64,000 nt of DNA from the NCBI RefSeq assembly GCF_963921235.1, contig NC_086097.1, positions 99,264,001-99,328,000 of the forward strand, written 5' to 3'. The notes beneath the pieces are model-generated. The model was not told the origin of the DNA. It did not search any database and saw only the letters and a program-made list of their open reading frames with translations. The position numbers and the translations under genes were made by a program. The stretch's first letter is position 1, and every line of letters begins with the position of its first letter. The stretch is from Mobula hypostoma. Taxonomy: Eukaryota. Positions 1-14,343 of the stretch are shown one piece after another.

Positions 1-67
1 ATGAGGTGCCAGTCGAGCAGATTACTTTGTTGTAAATACTGTCTTATGTGTTGCTGGTAGAAAGGCT

Positions 68-3000
68 TTAAACATAGAAACATAGAAAACCTACAGCACA
101 ATACAGGCCCTTCAGCCCACAAAGCTGTGCCGAACATGTACTTACTTTAGAAATTACCTAGGGTTATCTGTAGCCCTCTATTTTTCTAAGCTCCATGTAC
201 CTATCCGGGAGTCTCTTAAAAGACCCTGTTGTATCCGCCTCCACCACCGTCGCCAGCAGCCCATTCCACTCACTCACCACTCTCTGAGTGAAAAAAAAAC
301 TTTCCCCTGATATCTCCTCTGTACCTACTTCCAAGCACCTTAAAACTGTGCCCTCTCGTGTTAGCCATTTCAGCCCTGGGAAAAAAGCCTCTGACCATCT
401 ACATGATCAATGCCCCTTATCATCTTATCCACCTCTATCAGGTCACCTCTCGTCCTCCATCGCTCCAAGGAGAAAAGGCCGAGTTCACTCAACCTATTTG
501 CATAAGGCATGCTCCCCAATCCAGGCAACATCCTTGTAAATCTCCTCTGCACCCTTTCTATATTTTTCACATCCTTCCTGTAGTGAGGTGACCAGAACTG
601 AGCACAGTACTGCAAGTGGGGTCTGACCAGGGCCCTATATAGCTGTGACATTACCTCTCGGCTCCTAAACTCAATCCTACGATTGATGAAAGCCAATGCA
701 CCGTATGCTTTCTCAACCACACAGTCAACCTGCGCAGCAGCTTTGAGTGTCTGATGGACTCGGACCCCAAGATCCCTCTGATCCTCCACACTGCAAAGAG
801 TCTTACAATTAATATTATATTCTGCTATCATATTTGACCTACCAAAATGAACTACTTCACACTTATCTGGGTTGAACTCCATCTGCCACTTCTCAGCCCA
901 GTTTTGCATCCTATCAATATCTCACTATAACCTCTGACAGCCCTCCACATTATCCACAACACCCCCAACCTTTATGTCATCAGCAAATTTACTAACCCAT
1001 CCCTTCACTTCCTCATCCAGGTCATTTATAAAAATCACAAAGAGCAGGGGTCCCAGAACAGATCACTGAGGCACACCACTGGTCACTGACCTCCATGCAG
1101 AATATGTCCCGCCTACAACTACTCTTTGCCTTCTGTGGGCAAGCCAGTTCTGAATCTACAAAGCAATGTCCCCTTGGATCCTATGCCTTCTTACTTTCTC
1201 AATAAGCTTGCATGGGATACCTTGTCAAATGCCTTGCTGAAATCCATATACACTACATCTACTGCTCTACTTTCATCAATGTGTTTAATCACATTCTCAA
1301 AAAATTCAGTCAGGCTCATAAGGCACGACCTGCCTTTGACAAAGCTATGCTGACTATTCCTCATCATAATGCCTCTCCAAATATTCATAAATCCTGCTTC
1401 TCAGGATCTTCTCCGTCAATTTACCAACCACTGAAGTAAGACTATAATTTCCTGCGCTATCTCTACTCTTTTTCTTGAATAAGGGAACAACATCTGCAAC
1501 CCTCCAATCATCCAGAAGCTCTTCTATCACTATTGATAATGCAAAGATCATTGCCAGAGGCTCAGCAATCTCCTCCCTTGCTTCCCACAGTAGCCTGGGG
1601 CACATCTCGTTCAGTCCTGGTGACTTATCCAACTTGATGCCTTCCAAAAGCTCCAGCATATCTTTTTTAATGTCTACATGCTCAAGCTTTTCAGTCCACT
1701 GTAAGTCATCCTTACAATCACCAAGATCCTTTTCCGTAGTGAATACTGAAGCAAAGTATTCATTAAGTACCTTTGCTATCTCCTCCGGTTCCATACACAC
1801 TTTTTCACTGTCACACTTGATTGGTCCTATTCTCTCATGTCTTATCCTCTTGCTCTTCACATACTTGTAGAATGCCTTGGGATTTTCCTTAATCCTGCTC
1901 GCCAAGGCCTTCTCGTGGCCCCTTTTGGCTCTCCTAATTTCATTCTTAAGCTCCTTCCTGCTAGTCTTATAATCTTCTAGATCTCTATCATTACCTAGTT
2001 ATTTGAACCTTTCGTAAGTTTTTCTTTTCTTCTTGACTAGATTTTCAACAGCCTTTGTACACCAAGGTTCTTGTATCCTACCATCCTTTCCCTGTCTTAT
2101 TGGAACGTACCTATGCAGAACACCACACAAGTATCCCCTGAACATTTGACACATTTCTGCTGTGCATTTCCCTGAGAACATCTGCTCCCAATTTATACTT
2201 CCAAGTTCCTGCCTGATAGCTTCATATTTCCCCTTATTCTAATTAAACGTTTTCCAAAGTTGTGTCCCCCATCCCCCTCCAATGCTATGGTAAAGGAGAT
2301 AGAATTGTGATCACTATCTCCAAAATGCTCTCCCACTGACAGACCTGACACCTGACCAGGATCATTTCCTAATATCAGATCAAGTACAGCCTCTTCCTCT
2401 TGTAGGCTTATCTACATATTGTGTCAGGAAACCTTCCTGAACACACTTAACAAACTCCACCCCATCTAAACCCTTTGCTCCAGGGAGATACCAATCAATA
2501 TTGGGAAAATTAAAATCTCCCATCACAACAACCCTGTTATTATTGCACCATTCCAGAATCTATCTCCCTACCTGCTCCTCAATGTCCTTGTTACTATTTG
2601 GTGGTCTATAAAAAAACTCCCAGTGGAGTTATTGACCCCTTCCTGTCTCTAACTTCCACCCACAGAGACTCAGTCGACAATCCCTCCATAACCTCCTACT
2701 TTTCTGCAGCCGTGATACTGTCTCTGATCAACAGTGCCATGCCCCCACCTCTTTTGCCCCCATTCCTGCCCTTTCTGAAACATCTAAACCCTGTCACTCT
2801 AAGTAGCAACAACCTCATAGCTCCAAGTTCTAAGCTCATCTGCTTTGTTCATGATACTTTTTCCATTAAAATAGACACATCTCAAACCATCGAGCCGAGC
2901 GCGTCCTTTCTCTATCACCTACCTATCCTCCCTCTCACACTGCCTACAGGCTTTCTCTATCTGTGAGCCAACCGCGCCTTCCTCCATTTCTTCAGTTTGG

Positions 3001-4150
3001 TTCCCACCCCCCAGCAATTGTAGATTGAACTCTCCCCAATATCTTAGCAAACCTCCCCACCAGGATATTGGCTCCCTTGGACTCAAGTGCAACCCATCCT
3101 TATTGTACAGGTCACGCCTGCCCCAAAAGAGGTCCCAATGATCCAGAAATCTGAATCCCTGCCTTCTGCTCCAATCTCTCAGCCACACATTTATCCCACA
3201 CCTCACTCTATTCCTATATTCACTGTTGCACGGCACAGGCAGTAATCCTGAGATTACTACCCTTGTGGTCCTGCTTCTCAGCTTCTTTCCTAACTCCCTG
3301 TAGTCTGTTTTCAGGACCTCCTCCCTTTTTCTACCCATGTCGTTGGTACCAAAATGTACCACAACCTCTGGCTGTTCACCTTCCCACTTCAGGATATCGT
3401 GGACAAGATCAGAAACATCCCGGACCCTGGCACCTGGGAGGCAAACTACCATCTGTGTTTCTTTCCTGCATCCACAGAATCGCCTCTGATCCCACAAGTA
3501 CAGAGTCCCCTATCACTGCTGCCATCCTCTTCCTTTCCCTACCCTTCTGAGCCACAAGGCCAGACTCTGTGCCAGAGGCACGGCCACTGTTGTTTCCCCT
3601 GGTTAGACTGTCTTCCCCCAACAGTACTCAAACAGGAGTACTTATTGTTAAGGGGAACAACCACAGGGGTGTTACCAACTTATCTGTCTCCCAAGGCGCC
3701 TATGAGACTAGCTGCCTATAGCTCCTATCTATCACCTCCCTCACTTTCCCTGACCAGATGAAGATCATTGAGCTGCATCTCCAGTTCCCTAGCGCGTTCC
3801 CTAAGGAGCTGTAGCATCTGCGCAGATGTGGCTGTCCAGGAGGCTGGGAGTCTCCCGGACATCCCATATCCAACACTCAGTACAGAACACCAGCCTCGCA
3901 GACAACTTCCTATTCCTATTCTTCACAAGTAACTTACCACACCTTGACCTGTTACCACCAAAGCCCTGTTGAGTCAAAGCCCTCCTACTCTGACTCCCTC
4001 AACTCTGGCGCCCACCCTATAATTCTTTTTAAATTTTCCCCATCGGTCTAATTTGCTGACATTCACACACCTGCACAGTCGTGCCTCGATCAAACCGTTG
4101 AAGAAAAAATGCTCTCCTTTTAAATTCTTCCCACCAGTCTAACTTGCCTG
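68..4150 (-). mobile_element. Near full-length, degenerate CR1 LINE (ORF1 with SGNH esterase; ORF2 APE + RT)
   Basis: (TTCTATG)n-type tail at 68-90. RT pieces WAEKWQMEFNPDKC, YMDFSKAFDKV and KSPG. ORF1 IGDS.../GARVRDV...HFGTND...DGLHL. Frameshifts and stops throughout. Confidence 0.92.
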
Positions 4151-4154
4151 CTCA

Positions 4155-4364
4155 GTTGTGTCTCGTAAAATGTACAGCAACGTCTTACTCAGTGTCAGCA
4201 AGACCAAGGAGCTAATTATTGACTTCAGGAGGAGGAAACCGGAGGTCCAGGAGCCAGTCCTCATCGGGGGAGGGGGATCAGAGGTGGAGAGGGTCAGCAA
4301 CTTTAATTCCTTAATTTTATCATTTCAGAGGACCTGCCCTGGGCCCAGCATGTAAAAGCAATTA
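4155..4364 (+). mobile_element. Rex1/Babar-type LINE fragment, 5' part
   Basis: LSVSKTKELIIDFRR...VERVSNF motif. Continues at 6241. Confidence 0.75.
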
Positions 4365-6240
4365 CCATAAGGCCATAAGACATAGGAGCAGAACTAGGCC
4401 ATTTGGCCCATCGAGTCTGCTCTGCCATTCAACCATGGCTGATCCTTTTTTACCCTCCTTTACCCCATTTCCTGGCCTTCTCCCCATAACGTTTGATGCC
4501 ATATCCAATCAAGAACCTATCAATCTCTGCTTTAAATAAACCCAATGAGCTGTCCTCCAAAGCTGCCTGTGGTAACAAATTCTACAAATTCACCACCATC
4601 TGGCTAAAGAAATTTCTCTGCATCTCTTTTAAATGGATGCCCTTCTATCCTATCCTGAGTCCTAGACTCCCCCACCATGGGAAACAGCCTTTCCATATCT
4701 ACTCCATCTGGGATTTTTAACATTCAAAACGTTTCTATAAGATCCTCCTTCATCCTTCTAAATTCCAGCCAGTACAGACCTGGAGCCATTAAACATTCCT
4801 CATATGATAACCCTTTCATTCCCAAAATCATCTTTGTGAACTGTCTCTGGACCCTCTCCAATGCCTGCACATCTTTTCTTAGATGAGGAGCCCAAAGCTG
4901 TTCACAATACACAAGGTGGGACCTCACCAGTGCCCTATAAAGCCTCAGCATCACATCCCTGCTCTTGTATTCAAGAACTCTTGGAATGAATGCTAACATT
5001 ACGTTTCCCTTCCTCACCATTGACTCAACCTGCAAGTTAGCCTTTAGGGTGTTCTGCACAAGAACTCCAAGTCCCTTTGTACGTTAGGTTTTTGGATTTT
5101 CTCCCTGATTAGAAAATAGTCTGCACATTTATTTCTACTACCAACGTGCATGCCCATGCATTTTCCAACAATGAATTCCATTTGCCACTTTCTTGCCCAT
5201 TCTCCTAAATCTGTCTAAATCCTTCTGCAGCCTACCTGTTTCCTCAACACTACCTGCCCCTCCAACAATCCTTGTATCATCTGCAAACTTGGCAACAAAG
5301 CCATCTATGCCATCATCTATTCTAAATCATTGATGTATCATCAAAATAACCGGTCTCAACACCAGTAGTCACTGGCAGCCAACCAGAAAATGATCCTTTT
5401 ATTCCCACTCGCTACCTCCTACCAGTCAGCCAATTCTGTAACCATGACAGTAACTTTCCTGTAATACCATGGGCTCTTAACTTGGTAAGCAGCCTCATGT
5501 GTGGCACCTTGTCAAAGGCCTTCTGAAAGTCCAAATGTACAACACCCACTGCATCCCCTTTATCTATCCTACTTGTAATCTCCTCAAAGAATTCGAACAG
5601 GTTTATCAGTCAAGATTTTCCTTTAGAGAAGCTATGCTGACTGTCCTATCTTGCCCTGTGTCACCTAGTACTCCATAATCTCATTCTCAGCAATTGACTC
5701 CAACATCTTCCGAACCACAGAGATCAGCTAACTGGTCTATCATTTCTTTTCTGCTACCTTCCTCCTTTCTTAAAGAGAGGAGTGACTTTTGCAGTTTTCC
5801 AGTCCTCTGGCACTATGCCAGAGCCCAATGATTTTTGGAAGATCATTGCTAATATCTCCACAATCCCTAACACTACCTCTTACAGAACCCTAGGGTCATC
5901 TGTTCAGGGTGACTTACGTACCCTTAAGTCTTTCAGCTTTTTGAGCAGCTTCTCCCTTGTAATAGTAACTGCACTCACTTCTCTTCCTTCACACACTACA
6001 ACATCTGGCACGTAGCTAGTGTCTTCCACAATGAAGACTGATGCAAAATACTTTAGTAGATCTGCCATCTCTTTGTCCCCCATTATTATTTCTCTGGCCT
6101 CATTTTCTAGTGGTCCTACATCCACTCTCATCTATCTTTTATTTTTTACATACTTGAAAAAGCTTTTGCTATCCACTTTGATATTGTTTGCTAGCTTGCT
6201 TTCATACTTTATCTTTTCCCTTCCAATGATTCTTTTAGTT
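4365..6240 (-). mobile_element. 5'-truncated CR1 LINE inserted into the Rex/Babar copy
   Basis: ccataag tail repeats at 4365-4385. RT C-terminal ORFs LERVQRQFTKMI and GPLENEAREII. Confidence 0.88.
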
Positions 6241-6660
6241 GTGAAGAAAGCACAGCAGCACCTCGCCTTCCTTTAAAGTTTATGAAGATTCAGCATACCA
6301 TCTAAAACTTTGACCACTTTCAATAGATGTGTTGTGGAGACTAGATTAACTGGCTGCATCACAACCTGGCATGGAAAAACCAATGCCCTTGAATGGAAAA
6401 TCCTACAAAAGGTAGTGGATAATGGCCAGTCCATCACAGATAAAGCCCCCCCCCACCCCCACCACCACCATTGTGCACATCTGCACAAAGTGTTGTCACA
6501 GGAAAGCAGCATCCATCATCGCTATCCAGGTCATGCTCTCTCCACACTGTTGTCATTAGGAAGGTGGTACAGGAGTCTCAGGACTCACACCATTAGGTTC
6601 AGGAAGTTATTACACCTCAACCATCAGGCTCTTGAACCAAAGAGGATAACTTCACTCAAC
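6241..6660 (+). mobile_element. Rex1/Babar-type LINE fragment, 3' part
   Basis: KKAQQHLAFL, LTGCITTWHG and HALSTLLSLGRWYRSLRTHTIRF motifs. Confidence 0.75.
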
Positions 6661-6769
6661 TTCATGTTGTTGCATGAACAAAATCACCAGAGAGAAGTAC
6701 AGTACTGGTAAGTATGAAGCAGTCTCTTTATTCAACAAAATATCACAAATAAGCTGACAGCCTTTGGAG

Positions 6770-6912
6770 AAGAGAGAAGGAGAGGGAGAGAGATGGGGAG
6801 GGGAGAGGGAGACAAACGGGGCAGAGAGAGTGGGAGATGGAGGGAATGGGAAAGAGGGAGGGGGAGAGGGGGCGAGAGGGAGGGAGGAGGCGAGGGAGGG
6901 GAGAGGGAATGG
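6770..6912. repeat. Polypurine (GA/GGGA) low-complexity tract
   Basis: Almost purely G/A for ~140 bp. Gives rise to several spurious Pro/Ser- and Gly/Glu-rich ORFs. Confidence 0.9.
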
Positions 6913-7049
6913 AGATATACACACATTTTATACGCTGAAGATCATTCAAGCCAAGGTCAAAGGACAATTCCATATTTACAGTGCTACCTTTCAACTACAT
7001 GTAACAGTTTCAAATGCTTGGATCTTCCCACCACCATACCTTCCTGATA

Positions 7050-7420
7050 AGATGTTTTCCTTCGTGTGAAGGAAGCTGAGGATGTACTTAACAGAGGTGT
7101 GAAATTTACGAGGGCCACAGCAAGGGTAGATAGCCATAGCAGAAGTATGTTAAACCAGAGACATGGGCTTAGGATAAGGAGCACAAGGTTTTAGAGGGAA
7201 TTGGAGAAATTTTCCCACCCCTAAAGATGATCAGAATCTTGAAAATACTGACTTAGTTGGTGATGGATACAGATACCCTAACATTTAAAGAGTATTGATG
7301 TGTACTTGAATTGCAAAGACATGGACCAGGTGCTGGTAAGTGTGATTAGTATGTGGTCACCATGGATTTGGTCATCTGAATGGTCTTTTTTTCTTGTTAC
7401 ACCACACTATGATTCTATGA
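7050..7420 (+). mobile_element. Old CR1 3' fragment
   Basis: CR1 3'-end similarity, ending ctatgattctatga. Confidence 0.6.
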
Positions 7421-7719
7421 TGTCGGAGCCAAGTAGACCTACTGAAAACCAAATTTGACACTGGTAAGCCCAATAATATGGAATAAGTACCACTCTTAGC
7501 ACTGTCAACACCAACCACATGAAGTGAGTGTCAGAATCTGGGGCTCACTCTCAAATTTAATTATTCTGATCAATAACCTAAATTACCATGATCAAGAGCA
7601 AATCTGTTTTCTCCCCAAACATATGACTATTGACTTTGAATAATAAGGTCATGGTGATTTGTAGATTCCCCTATTAACACAAATGAGCAGAATCCCTGCA
7701 TGTTTCTCCAAAAGCATTC

Positions 7720-8975
7720 AAGACTATAAGGGAGGAGAAGATGAAATGTGAGGGTAAACTGCCAATAAACTGAAGGACACCCCAGAGTTTTGTAAGTAGC
7801 TGAAGAAATTATGGAGGCATGTGGCCTTTCAAGAACTGCTGGAATCAGATAGGCAATTTTCCAGTCCTCTAGGGCCCTTGCTGATTCCAGTTTAAAAAGA
7901 GGGAGGCAAAGGACAGGAAATTACAGGGCAGTTAGCCTGATCTCAGAAGTTGATAAGATTTTAGAGTCCTTTATTAAGCATGAAATCTTGGAGCACTTGG
8001 AAGAGTACATGATAAAATAGGGCAAAGTTAGCTGTTCTGTTAAGGGAAAATTTGCTTGACAAATCTGATGGCAATACTTTGAGGAAATAAGCAGGTTAGA
8101 TAAAGGAGAATCCATGGAAATTATTTACTTGGATTTTCAGAAGGTTTTTGACAATGCTGGTAAACAAGAGCCTATGTTATTAGAGGCCAGGTACTAGCAT
8201 GAATAGAAAGCAGGAAGCAGAGAGTGGGGGTAAAGAGGTCCTTTTCATGATAGTCATTGGCAAATAATGGAGTTCTGCAGAACCAAAAAGTTTCACTTTA
8301 TGTATTAATGATCTGGACGAAGGAACTGATGGTATTGTGGCCATGTTTGCAAACAATATACACATAGGTGGAAGTACAGTAAGTCTTGAGGAGACGGAGG
8401 GCCTGCAGTAGTACTTGGACAGATTAGCTGAGTGGTCAAAGAAGTGGTAGCTTTGACCAGGTGGGGTTATGCACTAGGAAGAATAAAGGTGTAAATTATT
8501 TTCTAAATGAGAATAGTATTCAGAAATTGGAGGTGCAATGAGACTTGGAAGTACTAGTAAGAATGATCTTGGTAAAGGAAGACATAACATATGAGGAGCA
8601 CTTCATAAATCTGGGTCTTTACTTAACAGAGTTCAGAAGGACAGGGGCGGTGGGATTCTCATTGGAACTTGCCAAATACTGAAAGGCCTGGATAGAGTGG
8701 ACTTAGAAAGCACGTTTCTACTAGAAGGAATTTCTTTAGCCATATGCTGGTGCATCTGTGGATTTTTTTTTGCCACAGGGGACAGTTAAAGCCAAGTCAA
8801 TAGGTGTATTTAAGGCAGAGGGTGAAATGTTCTTGATTGGTAAGGGGGCTAGAGGTTACAGGCAGAAGAAAGGAAAATTGGAGTTGAAAAATAAATCAGC
8901 TACAATTGAATGACAGAGCAAACTCCATAGGATGAATGGCTTAAATTTGCTCCTTTCTCATACCTTATGACCTTA
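7720..8975 (+). mobile_element. Old degenerate CR1 ORF2/3' end
   Basis: ttggattttcagaaggtttttgacaa (LDFQKAFDK-like) and gagtggtcaaagaagtgg. Tail ccttatgacctta. Confidence 0.75.
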
Positions 8976-9169
8976 AGATACTGATGACTGTGATGTGACA
9001 GATGATCCAGTTACAACCCCAAATGAAATGAAGAACTGGGTGTGTACAAATGAACAGTCAATTGCAACAGGGACAGAGTGTAAAACTCTTCTGCACAGTA
9101 CAAGCTCCCTGGTCACATCATGAAATGAACATAGGAGGCATATAAGAAGACATAATAAAGACAAAAAAG

Positions 9170-12100
9170 TCCATTATGAGCAACTAAAATTTTATTTATA
9201 GAGAATCTTTTAATGCAATTTCACACTGAAGATATAAATGTAACAATTAAAATGATAAAATCTCTCATCTTCATTAGATATGATTAAAAAAATAGATGTG
9301 CTAAACTCAGGATTAGAATTTATAGATTACAGTGTCTACAGCAGAAATAGATTTTAAAATATACAGAATCATTAATCTTATGCGCAACCTAATATTCAGT
9401 TTTATTCCCAGAAAATCTATTTCTTGATTACTTTAAGGATGGCAAGTAAAATGATTACATCATAATAATCTTGGGGAATACTTTGAAGTGTGTTCTCACT
9501 TCAATGTGCCAGACTTGAGCTTACTTCATAAATGAATGGTGCAATATGGAAGGTGTTAACCAATAATATCCACAGAACAGTGGCTTCAGGGTTGAGGAAC
9601 AGTATAAGCAGGTAATCAAAATCACCCATATGCATCAAAATCAAACTGCCTCTGTGATACAATGAAAAATTATATTCACCTTTCAAATCAAGTTGATGAC
9701 ATTTTGATTTTCTATGTGTGAGGTACTTACTCTTTGCACCTACTCAATCTATTTTTGAGTTTTGCTTCCCAACTGCCTGCTGCAAGAAGCTTTTTCTCTG
9801 AAGATTGGAAGATTTGACATATTCACTATGAGAGGAACAGCATCATTTACTTCAAACCCCCAGCAACAATAATGCTTTAGCAACATTTATGCTAACACAA
9901 CTTTTCACTTGGGCAACTTATTTAGATTAATGACCATAAGATAAAGAATGCCCATCAGAAGCAATCTAGTGTTCATTGCATCATTCATGTGTTGCTGTAG
10001 GAAAGTATGCAGCTGTAGGAGTGAGACAGACTCTACTAAGCTTGCAGTCAGTGGGAGATGGAATTTGGCAGCAGTGAAGTGCATTTAATTGCTGGATTTG
10101 TATTTTTGAATATATCATAAAATTTGATTAAAACATGGGAAGTAAATATAAACTCTTTTCAGTTATAATAACCGTACAGATTGGTACAACATATTTCAGC
10201 ATTTATAAAACTAAAATGCTGTGATTTGTGGGCAAATGTTTAACTTCTACATAAAGCACTGTAGTAAAGATAATAGAACTATTTGCATTTTATCCAAGTG
10301 CAAACTTACCCGAAGAACGCATCACTATAAATAGAAAACTTAGTTTTAGGGCACACCTAGACCACTGGATTACTCTGGTGAACTACACTATCTCAAGCAG
10401 AAAGGCAAGCTGTTATTCCTTCTAAATAAAATATAGTGGCCTGAAAATCTTCTGATAAAAAGCAGGCTCAGGCAACTGACATGACATTAAAAAGACATTT
10501 TCTGAGGTAGAAGATGCAGAGGATTCTTAAGATTTTGATAAAACTGAAAACAAAAGTAATTAAAATCTAAACAGATGTTCTAGGATGTTGTGAAATCACC
10601 AATCATGTAAATCTTCAAGAATTCTTTGAGTTTGCAGGCAATATTAATGACGGACTACCTTCCATGATATGACACCTAAATTAATATAAATCTGAGAGTA
10701 AGGGGCATTGTCAGGAACATCACCTTGTGCAGGCAATAAAAATACAGAAGCAGCAAATGTTATTAATTAAAACATAGTTTTCAAAGCAGCTTCGATGTGT
10801 GTATACTGTTCATTACAGCCCTCCTATTATAATTTCATGTACTTCCTAAAATGCAATTTATTTACTACTATAATAAAGGCCTAAAACTTAACTCATTATC
10901 AGTAGTATATTTATTTTGTATTGATATCTGACTCAAAATTACAAATTAATATCAGAGTCACTGAAGTCATCATAACTACAGTAAATTTCCCTCCGAAATG
11001 ATCTAGTGAAGTACTCTGAAGTTGCAGCACTACACTGACAGAGGAGGCTTTGTTTTATAGCAGTGACAGCAAGGACAGTAGAACTTGGAAATTCAAAGAA
11101 ACACCCACCCCAGGCTCATTCTTCATTTGAAAGCTCACAATAAACATTCTTTACAGCCTCCACACCACCAACATCCACATTGCCGAAGGCACTATTTCAT
11201 GTTATTATACTGAGAAAAACTATGAAACATGCTGTATAATTAAAGAAAACCACAATATTAAAGATGCTGGCTAATTGTAAAACAGATCTATTCCATTAAT
11301 ATAGAATATTTTCCAGTTAAATTTGTATTCTCCTGAAAAACAAAGACTATTTAAAAACCTTATTCATTTCTTCATTTTGGATAGTGGAGAAAAAGAATAG
11401 TTTGAACAATGTCAGCATTTTTTTCCCCCAGGAACTGACTAGATTCTATTTCAATTATCTTCTGACACAGGGGAACCATATTGAAAACTCAATGCAAATC
11501 CCTGTTATTTCTCAGAATTTGTTTATAAATGCAGATTGAACTTTTTGGATTCATGGCTGCTGTTCTTCTAACTGGAAATGCACGAGTCAAGTTCTCTTAT
11601 GCCAGTTTTCTTCAGTAATGTTTCTGGAGGTAACATTTCATTAACAGGCCTGCAGGTGGCAGTCAACAGTTGACTCAGTTTGTTCTTTGCCTCACAGTTA
11701 TCGTCATGTCCTCAGTTATTAATGGTTTAGCATTTCCTCATTTCAGTAAAGGTTTAGAATTTCAGCTCCAAACTAGTACAGCTTGCTGTTTTGAACAGAT
11801 GTTTAAAATAATTGGCAACCATGGAAGAGAAATACACAAACTTTATAACAACTGAATTATTCTGAACAGCTGGGATAGTTCACAGAGCAATTAAAATTTT
11901 CGTGAACAGCAATGCTAGGTGAGACAGTTGCAATGTAGAGTGAAATTCTAGTCAAAAATCCAAAACAAAATGACAACTTTTACAACATTTAGACAGACAA
12001 ATGTCAAGAAATATTTATAATTTATACCATTTATAATTTAGACACTCCTAGTGAAGAAAACAGGCAGATTGCAGCTTTACCACAAATTACCAATATGCCT

Positions 12101-14343
12101 AGAAACATATCCAGGAAAAAGTTTGGGAGCCATATTTATTTGCGAGAGCATAGATGCTTTACTTTTCATTAGCTGTGTGAGATCATTTACAACAGCTCAC
12201 ACTTCCTTTCTACAGTTATAATCTGACTTCCCCCCATTCATTACTATAAGGATGCTTGGATAGAAAGGTGTATGAATTCTTAAAATTTCTAAGGAAGTTC
12301 CAATGAACACCTTCTAAATCCTTACTGACAATTTAGTGGTAGAGCCAGCAGTTTCCATGTTCAGTATTTTATATATTCTCCTGACAATTCAATACATCTA
12401 AAAAAATAGAAATATGCTTAAATCAACTATATCTCATAAATTGAAACAAAACTTCTATGAAAACTTGCAGTCACATTATCTGCACTCAATAGAACTAACC
12501 TAAATCATGATTTTCCCTGTACTGGACTGAAGCTGGCTGAGTTTAGAAATTGAACTCTTCCTAAAATTTCAGGATTTGACGAGGCTTGCAAAAGTATATT
12601 AACCAAAATGGTTTCATCAGCTCTCAAATTATAGTTTTCAGCAGTTCACCCTGTTAAGAAATTACAGATGATCAAGAAACAAATTTACACTTTGCTGATT
12701 TAGCACATTATTCAAATGTGCAGCAAAATAATGTAATAAAGAAATGTTAGTAGCACAAGCATGCATATATTCTGCACTCAGTTGATACATTGATTTTGGC
12801 ATGTTTCAAAACACAATGTAGTTTAATAATATTTGCTATTCCTTACCCTCTAGAAGCACTGACCATAGAGCTAATAAAGATTTAGTGCAGGCTAGTTTGG
12901 ATTTTTAAGACCGTCGTTCCAAACATGAAAAAAGAAAGCATGTGTAATTGCATAGATCAAGCTACTTTGCAGCTACTTATACATTGTGTGTTACAATGTA
13001 TAATGTGCATTACTCTTTCATATCCACACTGTCAAGTTCAACTTAGAAGTGTAATTTATTTTTCATGATACCCTTTTCTTGAACTAGTTTGAGAGTTCCA
13101 TGTTAATCATGCTATAAATGCAATCTTCTGCCATTATTTTGAATATAGATACACCTCAAAATTTACCATTCCTGCCAAGAGCATGCATGTCCCTATTGGG
13201 ACATCACCTTTTACACCAGATCAGATTATTTTCAGTCTCCAAAACCATTGTGAAGTGCAATGACATTAAAAATGAGGAACAGCATCTGCTTTCAGCAGAT
13301 CAGTCATTTGTGATGAGGCATTGGAGCACATCTTTTTGACATGTATAGCGTACATTGTCAAATATAGCTGTATTTTTTTTTTCAAGTTTTCAGTAGAATG
13401 TAAATACTTCATTCTCCATCACATGATTCATACTGTTATTGCACTGGTACAGATTCTGGGATTTGACCCTTTGCCTCCTTGTAAATATGTTGCTACTCAG
13501 TGTTATGGCCAGGGCAGCACACAAAACTTCCTCCTTCACAGTTTTTGCCTTTTTTCCAATTAGTAAAAATATTTGAAGGCAAGAACCAATTGCTAAATTT
13601 TGCCCACTGCAATCTTTCCCCCAGGAAGTTTTAAATGATTTGGTAAAAGTAGCCTACATATAAACTCTACTTTGACAACACTAATAGAATGGATTAACCA
13701 GTTAATGCATAGGTCAAATCCAAACAGTACATGCCAAAGAGCTATCTTGAGTTTCCAATTTACAGTGCAAGGCTCTTTTAAGATGTTTTACTTATATACA
13801 GTTAGCAGTCATAAAATTATTTGAAGTAGAAGATGAAGCCTGTAACAAACCCTGGCCCAATGGGGTACTGCATATTGGCAGCCCTCTCAGGAGCATGAAG
13901 TTTCCTGTCTTGAAAGCACTAAAAACACATCAAACTTGTCAGATTTCCCAGCAATCCAGATAACAGGGAGATGACAAGTGCTGAAATATTAAATAGACTT
14001 AGATAATTAAAAAAATAGAAATATCTCTGCACAACTGAAATCAGTCAGGAGATTGTAGAAACAAATTATAGAAAACATTGAATTAATTTATCACAATGTG
14101 CACTCTGGGGGCATGTAAGTTTTAGAAACTGCAATGAGGAACACCAGTATTTTTACCACTGTTAAAAGCACACAATTTAACATAAAAGTTTAAATGCCTA
14201 GCTTAGCTTTAGAACATATAGTACTTTGGCTTTTATTTTAAAGCAGAACCTGCACATCTTTCCATCATACCCTTGAATTTAAAAATCAGCTCTTTCTCCC
14301 ATCCCATCACCAGTTAGACTCCATCCTAAACTGCTAAATAAAC
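9170..14343 (-). other. EHD4: Probable long 3' UTR of EHD4
   Basis: AT-rich, no recognisable TE over ~5 kb directly after the stop codon, ending at candidate polyadenylation signals. Confidence 0.6.
9191..9214 (-). terminator. Candidate polyadenylation signals (ATTAAA 9214-9209, AATAAA 9196-9191)
   Basis: Plus-strand tttatt/tttaat followed on the minus strand by a U/GU-rich tract (ttttttgtctttattatgtcttc), near the edge of the TE-free zone. Confidence 0.5.

Noticed and set aside
6665..6760. Possible reverse-oriented LTR fragment (tgttg…ctctttattc)
   Set aside because: No second terminus, TSD or partner LTR could be identified.
6652..7069. Cluster of Pro/Ser- and Gly/Glu/Arg-rich ORFs
   Set aside because: Artefacts of the polypurine low-complexity tract.
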